From Podarcis filfolensis (taxonomy: Eukaryota), in assembly GCA_964270895.1 (NCBI GenBank), contig OZ185444.1: a DNA stretch of 64,000 nucleotides. The stretch is one strand, 5' to 3'. Shown in pieces: positions 53,173 through 64,000 of the stretch. Numbering within the stretch: position 1 is the stretch's first letter; the number at the start of each line of letters is the position of its first letter. A program made the position numbers and the translations under genes. The notes under the pieces are model-generated. The model had not been told where the DNA came from. It made no database searches and saw nothing but the letters and a program-made list of their open reading frames with translations.

Positions 53173-53277
53173 GGTGGCATTCAATCACAGACCAGCAAAT
53201 TCAGGTTGTACAATTAGAGCTGATTTGGAGCTCTAATTGTGGAACCTGGATTTGCTGGTATGTGATTGAATGTCACC
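53173..53277. repeat. Near-perfect inverted repeat (49-bp arms, 7-nt loop)
   Basis: On the + transcript: 44 Watson-Crick pairs, 3 G-U pairs and 2 mismatches, counted by hand. Confidence 0.9.
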
Positions 53278-54157
53278 ACAATGCAAGGCTGGTGGGCAAA
53301 AGTGTGGGTAATTACAGTAGCTGAGAAGCTTATGCAGCAAAGGAGAGTGTGTACAGAAGTTGTGAGATGTGATAATTTTACAGCAATGTGGGGGACCTTT
53401 TATAATATTATTAGACAAGGTAGCAATTAAATACCTCCAGAATCTCAGATGTATTTCTGGGAAGATTCAATACCGTAGCATTTCAATTCTCATTGCTATT
53501 TTAGTCACTTGTCTGTATTTAGATATCAAAAGTATATCTCCCATTGATGTTTTGAATATGTAAATGGCATGTATTATGCACCATTTTGTTGTATTCAATT
53601 ATTGTTTTGCTTTTTTATTACTATTATTTTAATTTAAAAAACTGGTTAGGTGCAGCTATTTTCTGAAGATCTCCCCACAGTACATGTGTGAGTTTACTTC
53701 AGAGGATGTAGCCTAATAAATTAGGCTTCTTAAAAATAGTAATAAAAATACAATGGTTTTGCATAATACATTTTTATTACTCTTGTACGCGCTCAATCAC
53801 TCTTGTACAATACTTCATTATTAAAAATTAAAAAACAAAAGAAATGGAACTGAGTATTGTCCCTCTTAAAAAGCACAAGCTTCCATTTTTCCCATTATGA
53901 AACATTAACCAAAGCTGGTAATGCTTGTTACTGCACTCTTGTACGCATCATAGGAACTGAACGTGCACAAATACTGAAATACCTTTATGCATACCCAGAA
54001 TGGAAAACGACTGTGGTATCCTTAAGAGGAGGGACCGAAAAATCCTCTATTACATGAAACTATACCCACTGGTGTGAACAGCAAGCAGCAGAATAGCAAT
54101 AAATATACATGACTGAAAAATTGGGATTGTGTGGAAGCTAACTTGCCAAATGCATAC

Positions 54158-54295
54158 CAGTGGCGTAGCGTGGGTTGTCAGCACCCGGGGCAAGGCAAGT
54201 AATTTGCACCCCCTAACCCGTGGATTTGCGCCCCCTAACCCTAACCCCCAGATGTTGCGCCCGGCCCCCCCTGCACCCCCCACGCTACGCCACTG
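54158..54295. mobile_element. hAT MITE with 8-bp TSD
   Basis: TIRs CAGTGGCGTAGCGTGGG / CCCACGCTACGCCACTG; TSD ATGCATAC at 54150-54157 and 54296-54303. Confidence 0.92.
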
Positions 54296-57200
54296 ATGCA
54301 TACACAGAAAACGCAGATCTGAATTACCGGTAGTCTTGTGATATAAATTTCTTGTCTGGTTACATCCAGTTATACACAGCCTCCCTGCCCCCCACAGAGA
54401 TGAGTTTACCTGCTTTGGGTACTCTGACTGGACACAGTCTTCTTTCTTGAATATGCATGAACGTATGAAGCTGCTTTATACTGAGTCAGATCACTGAACT
54501 ATTTAGCCCAGGAATGAGGAACTTTTGGCCCTCCAAATGTTGTTAGATTCCAGTTCCCTTCAGCCCCAGCTAGATGAATTGTTGTGGCTAATAAATTATT
54601 TCTATTGAGGTTTGAGGTAACGGAGCATCGTCTAGTTTGAATCAATGAACACCTTTGTAGGTAAGGTTCTACTGGGTCTCTGTGCAGAGGCCACAATAGT
54701 TAGTGGTGGTGGTGATGATGATGATAGTAACTAATTGAATTGTTTAGCAGTCTAATACAGGGTAGTATCCAGGCTTACAACCAAGTTTTAAACCTTTTCA
54801 AATTCCATTAAATGCCAGGTGACATGGAAACCTTTAACCTGGTGCCAAAAAATATCAGTTCAGGTGCCAGGAGAACTCATGAAGAAAGGAATTGCATAAC
54901 AGGGGGCCACAACCAAAAAAGGCCCTCTCCCTTTTTGCCACGTCTAAGCCTTTCTTGGAGGAGGCACACAGAGGGACACCTCAGATTACATGTCTAAGGT
55001 TTGGATATATTCTTGGCAGGAGAGGTGGTCAGTTGGGCATTGTGGTTCTGAGCTTTATAAGCTTCTATAGATGAAAATCAGCACCTTGAATTGGGATTGG
55101 AAACATATATGCAGCCAGTACACTTGTGTTAATACTGGTGTTATAAAATTGCTTTTTCTTACAGATCTTTAGTACTATTCCAAAGGGGCTCTCTTCTTAG
55201 AACTTGATATAGGCTCCAGTGGGTAATTTCCCCTGTTGTCAACAAGGCTTGCCTGACATCACATTTTGAGCTGTTTCATGGGATGTAAAAGCAGTGATCT
55301 CTAGAGAACACAATGGTTCCATTACTGCAGAAGCAAACCAGGGCTTTCTTACTAGCTTGAACTTAGCAGGCAAGGAAACCAAAAGCCGATTGGCAAGTAC
55401 ACTTAGAACAGTTAAAAGTAGCCTGCTTTCCTTGCACAAATGAGATTCCACACCAGCCAACTACTGCATATTTATATCAGTGCTTTCATTAACTAACTGA
55501 TCATGGGATGATTCATTTTCTTTTGATTGGGAAAAAGCAAGTACTAAACTGTAATGGTGGGACAAAGCTATACTTCACGAGAAAACAGTTCAACCTCCTG
55601 TCCTCCTCCCTTAAAAACCTTCAGGGTATTGTGTTTCTGAAAGAAATTGCCACCAGAAAGTCATGAATAAATTGGGAAGCTTCAGTATAATGATAACATG
55701 ACCATATCTCTGACATGAAAGCAAAAAAGACTTCCACTGGACAAGAGATTTGCTGTCACACACCAAACTTTTCACTTTAAAAAATAAACAGTGCCATCAG
55801 TTTACTCTTCGTTAGATCCTAACTCACTCTCCTGGGAGAAAAAGATCCCACAAGAAACTTTCTGGTAGGAAAATGCATCCTCCTTCTTAGATTGAAAACT
55901 AAGATTGAAATACCCCTTGATTAGGTTTTCTGTTCATACAACAATAAATATGACTTTAAAGTCTGTGGGGGCATACCAAACAATTTCTAGACATTGGAAT
56001 AATTCTTTTTCAATATGTAATGGTGACTATTGACAGCAATTTGCTCTCAATAAGCCAAAAGAAAGAAAAAAAGGTTGGCTTTTTGAGGAAGGATATCTGT
56101 ACAGGTGAGGTAAATTTGTAGGGTGTTTCTGAAATTATAGGACCTCATTTATTTGGCATGTACAGAATACATAATCAATAATAATATTTTAAGCCCCTCT
56201 TTTACCTTATATAGGATATGTGCTTTTTTTAATGAGTTTATAGTAAGCTGGAGAACTGGAGAGAATTGCAAAAAAGTTACATAATCCCATCTATAATAAA
56301 ATGAGACAAATGAGAAATTCTTTCATTATGTTCCTGGCTAGTGATATGTACCAAAGGTAGGCTTCACGATGTGAACCACTGATGTCAAAGGCACAAAGTT
56401 GAAATATTTGAAACTCAACAAGCTCAGGACCATTAGGTAACTGCAGTGAAAGCAGAGTTGCTTGTTGAAAGTTCAGGAAGCAATTCTGCACCATCTGTGG
56501 GTAAAAATTATGCCTAAGACAGTCTAGTTACTAGTATGTGAAAAAATGCATTTTCCTACTATGACCACCATATTCTGCTCTCAGTTTCAAAGACACTCAA
56601 GTGAGCATCTACATTCCCAGTAGTACAATTCTCATCTTCCTAGGATGCAATCCTACTCCAGTAGCAATTGATGGCAAAATTCCCATTAATTTTAATAGAA
56701 TAGAACTTCAGTCCTAGTGAGTTCATTGCTTTCACTTAGGCTAGAATTTGGTGCTTTGACTTCATTGTGCACTAGAGGGAAACATTCGGCTCTGGTGCAA
56801 ACCCTGCTTATTGCTAGCTATTGCTAGCTTTGTTGGTAATCCTAGTTGGCAATGAGAAAATATGTGATGGAAAGATTTTGAATTACGAAATTCGTTCTTT
56901 TCTAAAGTTAGTGCAACTTGGTTGAAGGCATATCTCCCTGCCCATTACTGTATTAAGGATTTGAAAGGACAAACTGTTATGTCTTGGTTGCACACAGATT
57001 CTTGAAACAAGCAATATACATGGACTTCCCACCTTCAAGTACAATACCAAAACCAGTTTTTAAAACCCTACTTTCTGATCTTTTTGCACTTCATTTATCT
57101 AAGTAAAATTATTTCTACGCAGCAACAGAAGCAACTTTACCATCACAGTGTTGTAGCTCTCATCAGGCATCAGTATTTTATTTTTATTTAACCAAAAAAA

Positions 57201-60200
57201 TAATATACCATTTGATTGTAATAAAACATCTAAGCAGTTTCAATAGCTTGATAAATGTACACATATAATAAAGAAGGGGGAAGAGTCTTGCTCTCTGTTT
57301 GTGCAGCAGAATGAATCCCATTCCCTTCTTTTCCTTATAAGCAAATGCTTCTTCTGATTCCTTACAAATCTGTGGACTGTTGAAATTGATAGACATTATT
57401 ATTACTGCTTTTAGTACACGTGGCAATGATCCTTCTCTTTCATATACATTTTGAATGGCTTAACAAATTCTGAGCTTTCGTGCGCGGCATAGCATGTCGC
57501 CAGTGCTTTTGACTCATTCTGGCTTGCTTTGGGTTTCCAGGGTACAGCTTTGTGCTACAAAACTGGTTCTACAAGAGTCTATGATGGGATACAAAAGATG
57601 AATGTATAAGCTATTAGCTATGGCCACTCTACAGTATCATTTCTGAGGTCATGAAAATATTAAGTTTGTACACTGCCTGAGGACCAAATTTGAGGTGGCA
57701 TTTGCCATGTGTTTTGCTCTTATTAGGCTATTTTTTCAAAACAAAACAAAAGCAGGAACGTCTGGGAGCGCCAAGCCATATCTGGACCATAGTGGGGTGG
57801 GAAACAGTTTTTAACCCTTTACCCCACAGCAGTCCTTATCCTCAGACCCTCTCCATGCCTATACTTCATAGTGGGATAAAATCTCCTGTTTATTTATTTG
57901 ATGCCAATAGCAACTTTCCTGCAACTGTGAATAGCAGGTGTGGAGAGATAATCAGTGGAGGATGGCTGATTGGGACAGTGGCCGGGGCAAAGGCTTAATT
58001 CCCACCCATGGACCTGATCTGGCTCTCCCCAAATCCCAGCTATTTGGTTTTTTTTAAATCACCCATTTAAGAATAAGGTGCCTTATTTGGCCCTTAAATA
58101 CATTTGATAGATCCCAGAAAGACTGAAAATGAATACAGACATGTGTGTCTGCTTAGTCAAAACAGAAAGGTCCTATGAATGAGTTGACTTGTTTCTAGCT
58201 TGCTCTATTGAAATTTCAAGTTCTTGTCAGTTCAGAGGTCATCGTGAACATATTTTTACTAACCTATGTATGCATCCAAGGTATGACCATGTTATTACTC
58301 AAACTACTTGTGCCTTTTCATTTTAATCTACTATTTTCCTCCTTCTCTGTGGTGTCAACCTTTAATTACAGATTTATTCCAGGTCCATTTGGTTCCTAGA
58401 AACGCTGGAGACCACCATAACACTCATTTTAATGTTTCACTGTGAATCTTGTGGGGCCGGTATTGACTGATATCACCCAGTTTTGACTTCCTGTACTCTT
58501 TCTTCCTTTCTAAATGTACTAGGCTCTCTGCTAATGGGATAACGTGGAAAGTTTCCCCTCCATGTTTTAAGCATCCAGTTGTCAAATAAGCCTGTGTTCC
58601 ATAGTGTGCATGGAATTTCCCTTGTGTACTTCAAAAATGTATTTATGTTGTTCTAACTCCACATCCTCTTCCTTTCCCCCCCGCCAAAAGACACCCAACC
58701 AGCACATCCCAATATTTTGACATATAAATCAGATAGAAAGATTTTCAGTCCCAAGATCTGTAGCTGGAGTACACTACAGAAGGGAATCCTTGGTCATTGT
58801 TTGGCCCAGATATGGGTCTTACCCACTTTTCTCTTAAGAGTCCCAAACCTGGTCTGGTTATTGCCAGTTGTAGAATCTATTGCTATTCCTCAACCCTTTC
58901 CCCTCCTTTCTTTTAAGTTTCCTGGGAACTCAACTTCACATTTTACTCATGACCTGATCTTCCCAGTGCTAAGAATAGTAACCACTGTGCCACTTAGGTT
59001 CAATCTCTTTGAAAACACCCCACAGCTGGAGAAACATGGAAGCCAGATTAGCACAAACAGATATAAACAACCAGAGGTTAGATTTATTAAGACTATAAAA
59101 AAGTCTAAATATCATTGTGGAACAGATAAGTGAGGAAAGGATTTTTGCAAGCCCTGCAAAAGTCTTGGGAAATAATTTGCAATCAATTACCATGTTTTTG
59201 ATTTTTTTGAAAGGAGGCAAACCAACTCTCAGGACACAGAAGGGACACAATCTTAAATTTACAACCCAGCTTTAACCAACTTATTTATAAATTGCCACAA
59301 GAAGAGTGAGGATCACTCAGTAGGGTAATAGATAGGTTAAAATACACATTCATTATGTAACATATTTGGTTGAATGATGATAGCTGTTCAGGGGCGAAAC
59401 ATGAGCTGGATAGGGCTTTTGAAGGCCTATCTGCAGTTGGCAATTATGCTATTTTTGCATAATTACCTTGGCTCTTTATCCAGTCCAGCCTGCTCTATCT
59501 CCAGGAGATGGATGATTTGTGTCAACCATATCTGTCTTATGTATTCTCTTTTACCCTAATGTGATCCTGATGCTTATCAGCTGTTAACTAACCTTGGCCT
59601 CCATTGCTAAGCTCCTATTTTAAAAACAAGGAATACTACCACTCAGGTTCTACATGCTGAAAGGATTATTTTAGAGCTGTATACATATAGTTGTGGGAGC
59701 ATATCTGTCTGCTATGAACAGTCTGCTATGATAGTGAAAGTCAGTGGAGGGCACAGAATAAGGAAGGGTCAAAATTAGAAGTGTTTCACTAAAAAGTTTT
59801 CTTGTATGTTAGCTACTATGTGGGAGCCATTTTCCCCATAGTGCAATAAGTATACCAGAATATGTGTATGAAGGTATCACATGAAGTTCCTTCCCATTCA
59901 AACTTCATCCAGCTGGCATCTCTTCAGAGAGTAAGCAGGTCCCACACTATAGTGTCTAAATGTAGATAAACCTTAGTCTCACCAGAATGCAGCACCTGGC
60001 TTAAAAAGAACCAAGGCATGTCTCTCTTTTCATGTTGCTAAGCTACATCTGCTCTTGTCTTAGTTCTACCATGTTCCACTGAAATTTGAACTACTGTACA
60101 GACCTGTTGGCTGTGTGTACAAAATGAATTTATAATGAAGTCTGAAGGGGAAAAAATGGCAGAACAAGGGAAGATGCAGCAGAACTAGAGGGAAGGGCTA

Positions 60201-60478
60201 CTTCATGCAATTCAGAACCCAATAACTATTCATCCTACAACAAACACACATGCAGGTAGTCCTTACATAAACACTCAATACCTTTGATTTCAATGGGATT
60301 GCTTATTTGAGTAATGCCAACATGTGTGGTTGTGTAAGAAAACTTATTCTCTAGCTACTCTTCTATAACCACTTGAGGACACCAGGGCAGTAATTCTAAT
60401 GCCGATTTTTGAACTGTTTTTTTTGTCTGTCTAACATTCCTTTTTAATCCCCATCCTGCCTGCCCCTTCCTTATGTAG

Positions 60479-60562
60479 GGTTACTTTAGTGATCCTTGGA
60501 ATGTTTTTGACTTCCTCATCGTAATTGGCAGCATAATAGACGTCATTCTCAGTGAAACTAAT
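60479..60562 (+). CDS. CACNA1C: Exon 31 (84 nt; IVS3, mutually exclusive with exon 32)
   Basis: atgtag|[28 protein letters not shown]|gtgagt. Confidence 0.97.
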
Positions 60563-60842
60563 GTGAGTATTACTCTACCCTCCCTAGGATGCCACCAAAT
60601 CCTCCTCTACTTCCTCCTCCTGTTTCCTTCTTTTTTATTATTTCTGGTTTATGTTTTCTTCCCTCTAGTCATGCTTTTATTGAACTTGCCGTCGTCCTTC
60701 TCCCAGGGGGAAAAAAAGGAGGGGGGTTGCATACCTCCTTCTTTTTCACTTGTCACAGCTGTGACCGGTGAAAGCACACAAAGCTTGGGGTACGTGTGCT
60801 TTTTTTCCCTCCAAAAAAATTCAGACATGTTTGAGTGAAACG

Positions 60843-60921
60843 TTCTAACTAACCAGGCTTTTGTTGATACCCTCCATCATGTTACAGAGGTATGAGCAGC
60901 CAATACTGTAGAGTGGTAAGA
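60843..60921 (+). promoter_or_regulatory. Complete set of splice signals around a candidate 28-nt microexon (60888-60915)
   Basis: Branch-like CTAACTAAC (60845-60853), pyrimidine-biased tract, TTACAG acceptor (AG at 60886-60887), donor GTG|GTAAGA at 60916. Confidence 0.5.
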
Positions 60922-60931
60922 GACTCTTTAA

Positions 60932-61291
<360 letters not shown>

Positions 61292-61739
61292 TGAAGTTTT
61301 TTTTTTTAAGGATTGCTTTTGTTCTGTTGTTCTGGATATTTTGTTTTTGCTTGTTTCTTTAAATTTGGAACAACTTTGAGGACTTTCTGACTGTTGCATC
61401 ATTTTCTTTCCCCCATAACCAGCCTGGCATGAATAAAAACTGTATAGTAGGAAAACCGATGAGAACTATGTGAAGTAAATGCACAAAGAGCAGGTTTGTG
61501 TCCTAGGAAGTTGGAGAAGTAGTCCAAGTTTAGGACTCCTGATTTGTCAAAGTTGAGTTAAACTTTCCATGGCACTGGGATACTTGCCACTTCACAGAGA
61601 TCTACAGGGCAACTCTTTCGAGGTGGAATAATGGGAGCCAAATGTCATCTGTTTTCTGCTAGGCCTTTATATTCCCAACTTTTTATTCAAAAACCACAAA
61701 TTCTTACAAGTCTGCTCACATTCTATGATATATTTGGTG

Positions 61740-61870
61740 GGTTGGATCCAGAGTAATTTAGTGATGCTTTAGTCTGACTGAAATCAATGAGGCTTGACAT
61801 GTTATTGTTACCAATTCATCTCACTGATTTCAAATTGACTAAATGTGACCAATTTAGCCTGGATCAAACC
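61740..61870. mobile_element. Old palindromic MITE-like element
   Basis: GTTGGATCCAG / CTGGATCAAAC ends with internal inverted gaaatcaatgag / ctcactgatttc; weaker relatives at ~25990, 27895, 52180 and 60255. Confidence 0.45.
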
Positions 61871-64000
61871 CTGTGTATCATGTTAACTGATGCAGTTTTA
61901 TCTCCCTATTATTTGTGGAAAAGCTGCCAGGGTAGTGTAGAGAGGAACATTGCATAAAAACCATTACATCCAATAGGTTTGATTAATTTTGGCATTTCAA
62001 TACCTGCCATCATGGATTGGTATTGCTTTCAAAATACAAAAGACTGAAGTTAAGTTCATGGTTTTTAAAAAGGAAAAAAATATATATACACAAAGTAAAT
62101 ATCTGGTATTTGGAGAAGAATTTGTACTGGGCATTTAAGTAAATAACATTGGATAGAGAGAAAATCCCAGTCCATTAAAGGCAATAATCTTATGGAATAA
62201 GGATTTTGCTGATAAATAGCCCTCTGAATTGGTGTGTGTGTAGCATGAGATTTAAAAATCTCACTTCTAGAACCTAGGCCACACACGATCATCCATGCTA
62301 GACTGGAGGAATGCATGCATCCATCAGCCGCTGGTTGGCATGGTTAGTTTGCTTCAAGCTAAGTATTTTTAGGGATCCACGGGGCCTTTCTCCCTATCAC
62401 ATCCAAGGGAGGATTAGTGCACCAATAAGAGGGATGATGTAAACCACTGGTTTGACATGTGGTCTTGGAGATCTTCACCAAAGATGCTGAAGGATTCTAT
62501 GTGGTGACACATCATAAGCGGGTGTGATTGCATACATTATATACAGGTAACTATGTTAGATAGATTTCTTTGGGGCGTATCTCACAACTATACTACTTTC
62601 CCAGTAAATTGTGGAGTTGATATTCAGGGAGTGGAAGACATTTTTGGTAATTTTCATTAAGCTGATCTCAGTTCCAGATCAAATTCTGATCAGGAATTGA
62701 GATCAGATAAGTAAGATTCACCAACCACATCTTCCACTTTCCATTGGTCAGCTCTGTTGTTTATCAGGAAAACAGGACTTTCAGGTTATGGTTAATTCTG
62801 TTCTCAATATTAATTGGCTGATACTGAGAATTGAAATAATGTGATTAAATAGGATCGATCTCAGTAAAACTTTAAGTTCAGCAGTTATTTATATATAGTT
62901 GAAGAACTGCCTAGAGCTGTCCTCTGCAGAGATTCTCCCAAAAATTTAAAGGTGGCATTGGTGGTTCTCTGAATCCCCTCTAAAGATTACCCTCCTACTA
63001 TATAGTCCCTTCAAAATTCTGCACATGTCTTTTTATTACCTGGCATGTTTGACTCTTCTCTTTTTAATCTTTGCTATTAATTCCTAACATTTGTTATTAA
63101 TAAATTAATTGGTTTTGATTTTTCTTTCCTTTTTAATTATTTTTTTTTGCACAATATCTGATGCACTGATAATTGAAAATCAGTTAAGGATGGAGTTTGT
63201 TTTGAATTGTTTCAAATCCTCTTGCACATAATTCTGTTAACTAAGAGAATGAATGGTACCGTACATCAATTTATTCCTTTAAAATACCCTTGCTGCTTGC
63301 GACATTTGGTATGAAATCCTGCAACCTCCACTCCCACCCCCAGCAGGCAGGCATTAATCATTGCAGCTCAAATTGAAATATTTTCCTCTTCCCAGGCAGC
63401 ACAAAATGGTTTGTGGATCAGTTGCACCTCCACTTCACCCTCCCTACCATGGGAGCTTCATTGCTTTGCTCACTGTTTGTGAGCCTGACAAAATCTGCCT
63501 TGTGTGCCTGTATGCTGTCTCATGTTACATCAACTGATCTGGAAGCATGGCAGGGAGAGAAGAGGAATAAAACTTCCCACAAGCTCTATGTGATGGTAGA
63601 TTTTAAAATGACTCCAAAACCAGGCATCATATGGTAGAATCCAGATCCAAAGCAATTGGAAAAATGAGTTTGCTGTAGACAACCACTGGCTGCTACACTA
63701 AGAACAAATCGTAATGCTGAGATTTGTTCTCTATTGAAGGTGAATCTTTTTTGGCATGAGTTACTTTGTCATAAAAGGTGATGGATGCATTAAACAGGAA
63801 CATTCTGTGAAGTCCAGCTGGGACTTTGCCATGCTGATCTAATCTGCCTAGGAAGCATTTGGTCACCAAAGCAATACAAGGCGATAATGAAAACACAAAT
63901 ATATTATGTTAGCTTGTGTGTGTATGTGTGCGCACGCGCATGTGTGTTGTGTGACAGAGAGAGAAAGAGCACTTATCTGTATGGTATAAGCTGGATTTAT

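Noticed and set aside
54205-54250. Interstitial telomeric array
   Set aside because: Only about three CCCTAA units, all inside a MITE.
46688-60478. A possible third IVS3-type exon in the 13.8-kb intron 30
   Set aside because: I found no YFxDxWNxFD-like coding segment with splice sites by eye; a tBLASTn would settle it.
61427-61437. GCATG followed by AATAAA after exon 32 as an intronic poly(A)/Rbfox module
   Set aside because: Single short motifs in AT-rich DNA with no supporting evidence.

Overview
Vertebrate genomic DNA, most likely from a squamate lizard: the repeats include Sauria-type SINEs and abundant L2/CR1/RTE/L1 fragments and TA-targeting MITEs, so a lacertid is plausible but not proven. 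The whole window is the interior of one + strand gene, CACNA1C (Cav1.2 L-type calcium channel alpha-1C). I mapped 20 coding exons by eye, from the 3' part of exon 13 to exon 32 in the customary numbering (repeat II S2 to repeat IV S3). All have GT/AG boundaries, the expected lengths and an intact joined reading frame, including both mutually exclusive pairs (21/22 and 31/32). Intron 15 is a minor-spliceosome (U12-type) intron. Nearly all short ORFs in the supplied track are exon read-through, retroelement debris or chance. I see no prokaryotic system, CRISPR array or second host gene. The best leads are: (i) a candidate 28-nt stop-carrying microexon or recursive-splice site between exons 31 and 32, mirrored by a stop-opening decoy acceptor between exons 21 and 22; (ii) a Sauria SINE with a 5' inversion inside a 12-bp target-site duplication, which is twin-priming geometry; (iii) a decayed but structurally complete 4.35-kb DIRS1-like element with ITRs and ICR in intron 18; (iv) an L1 whose poly(A) tail ends 20 nt from the exon 20 acceptor; (v) a 49-bp intronic hairpin. 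Repeat family names and cross-species comparisons come from pattern recognition and recall, not database searches.
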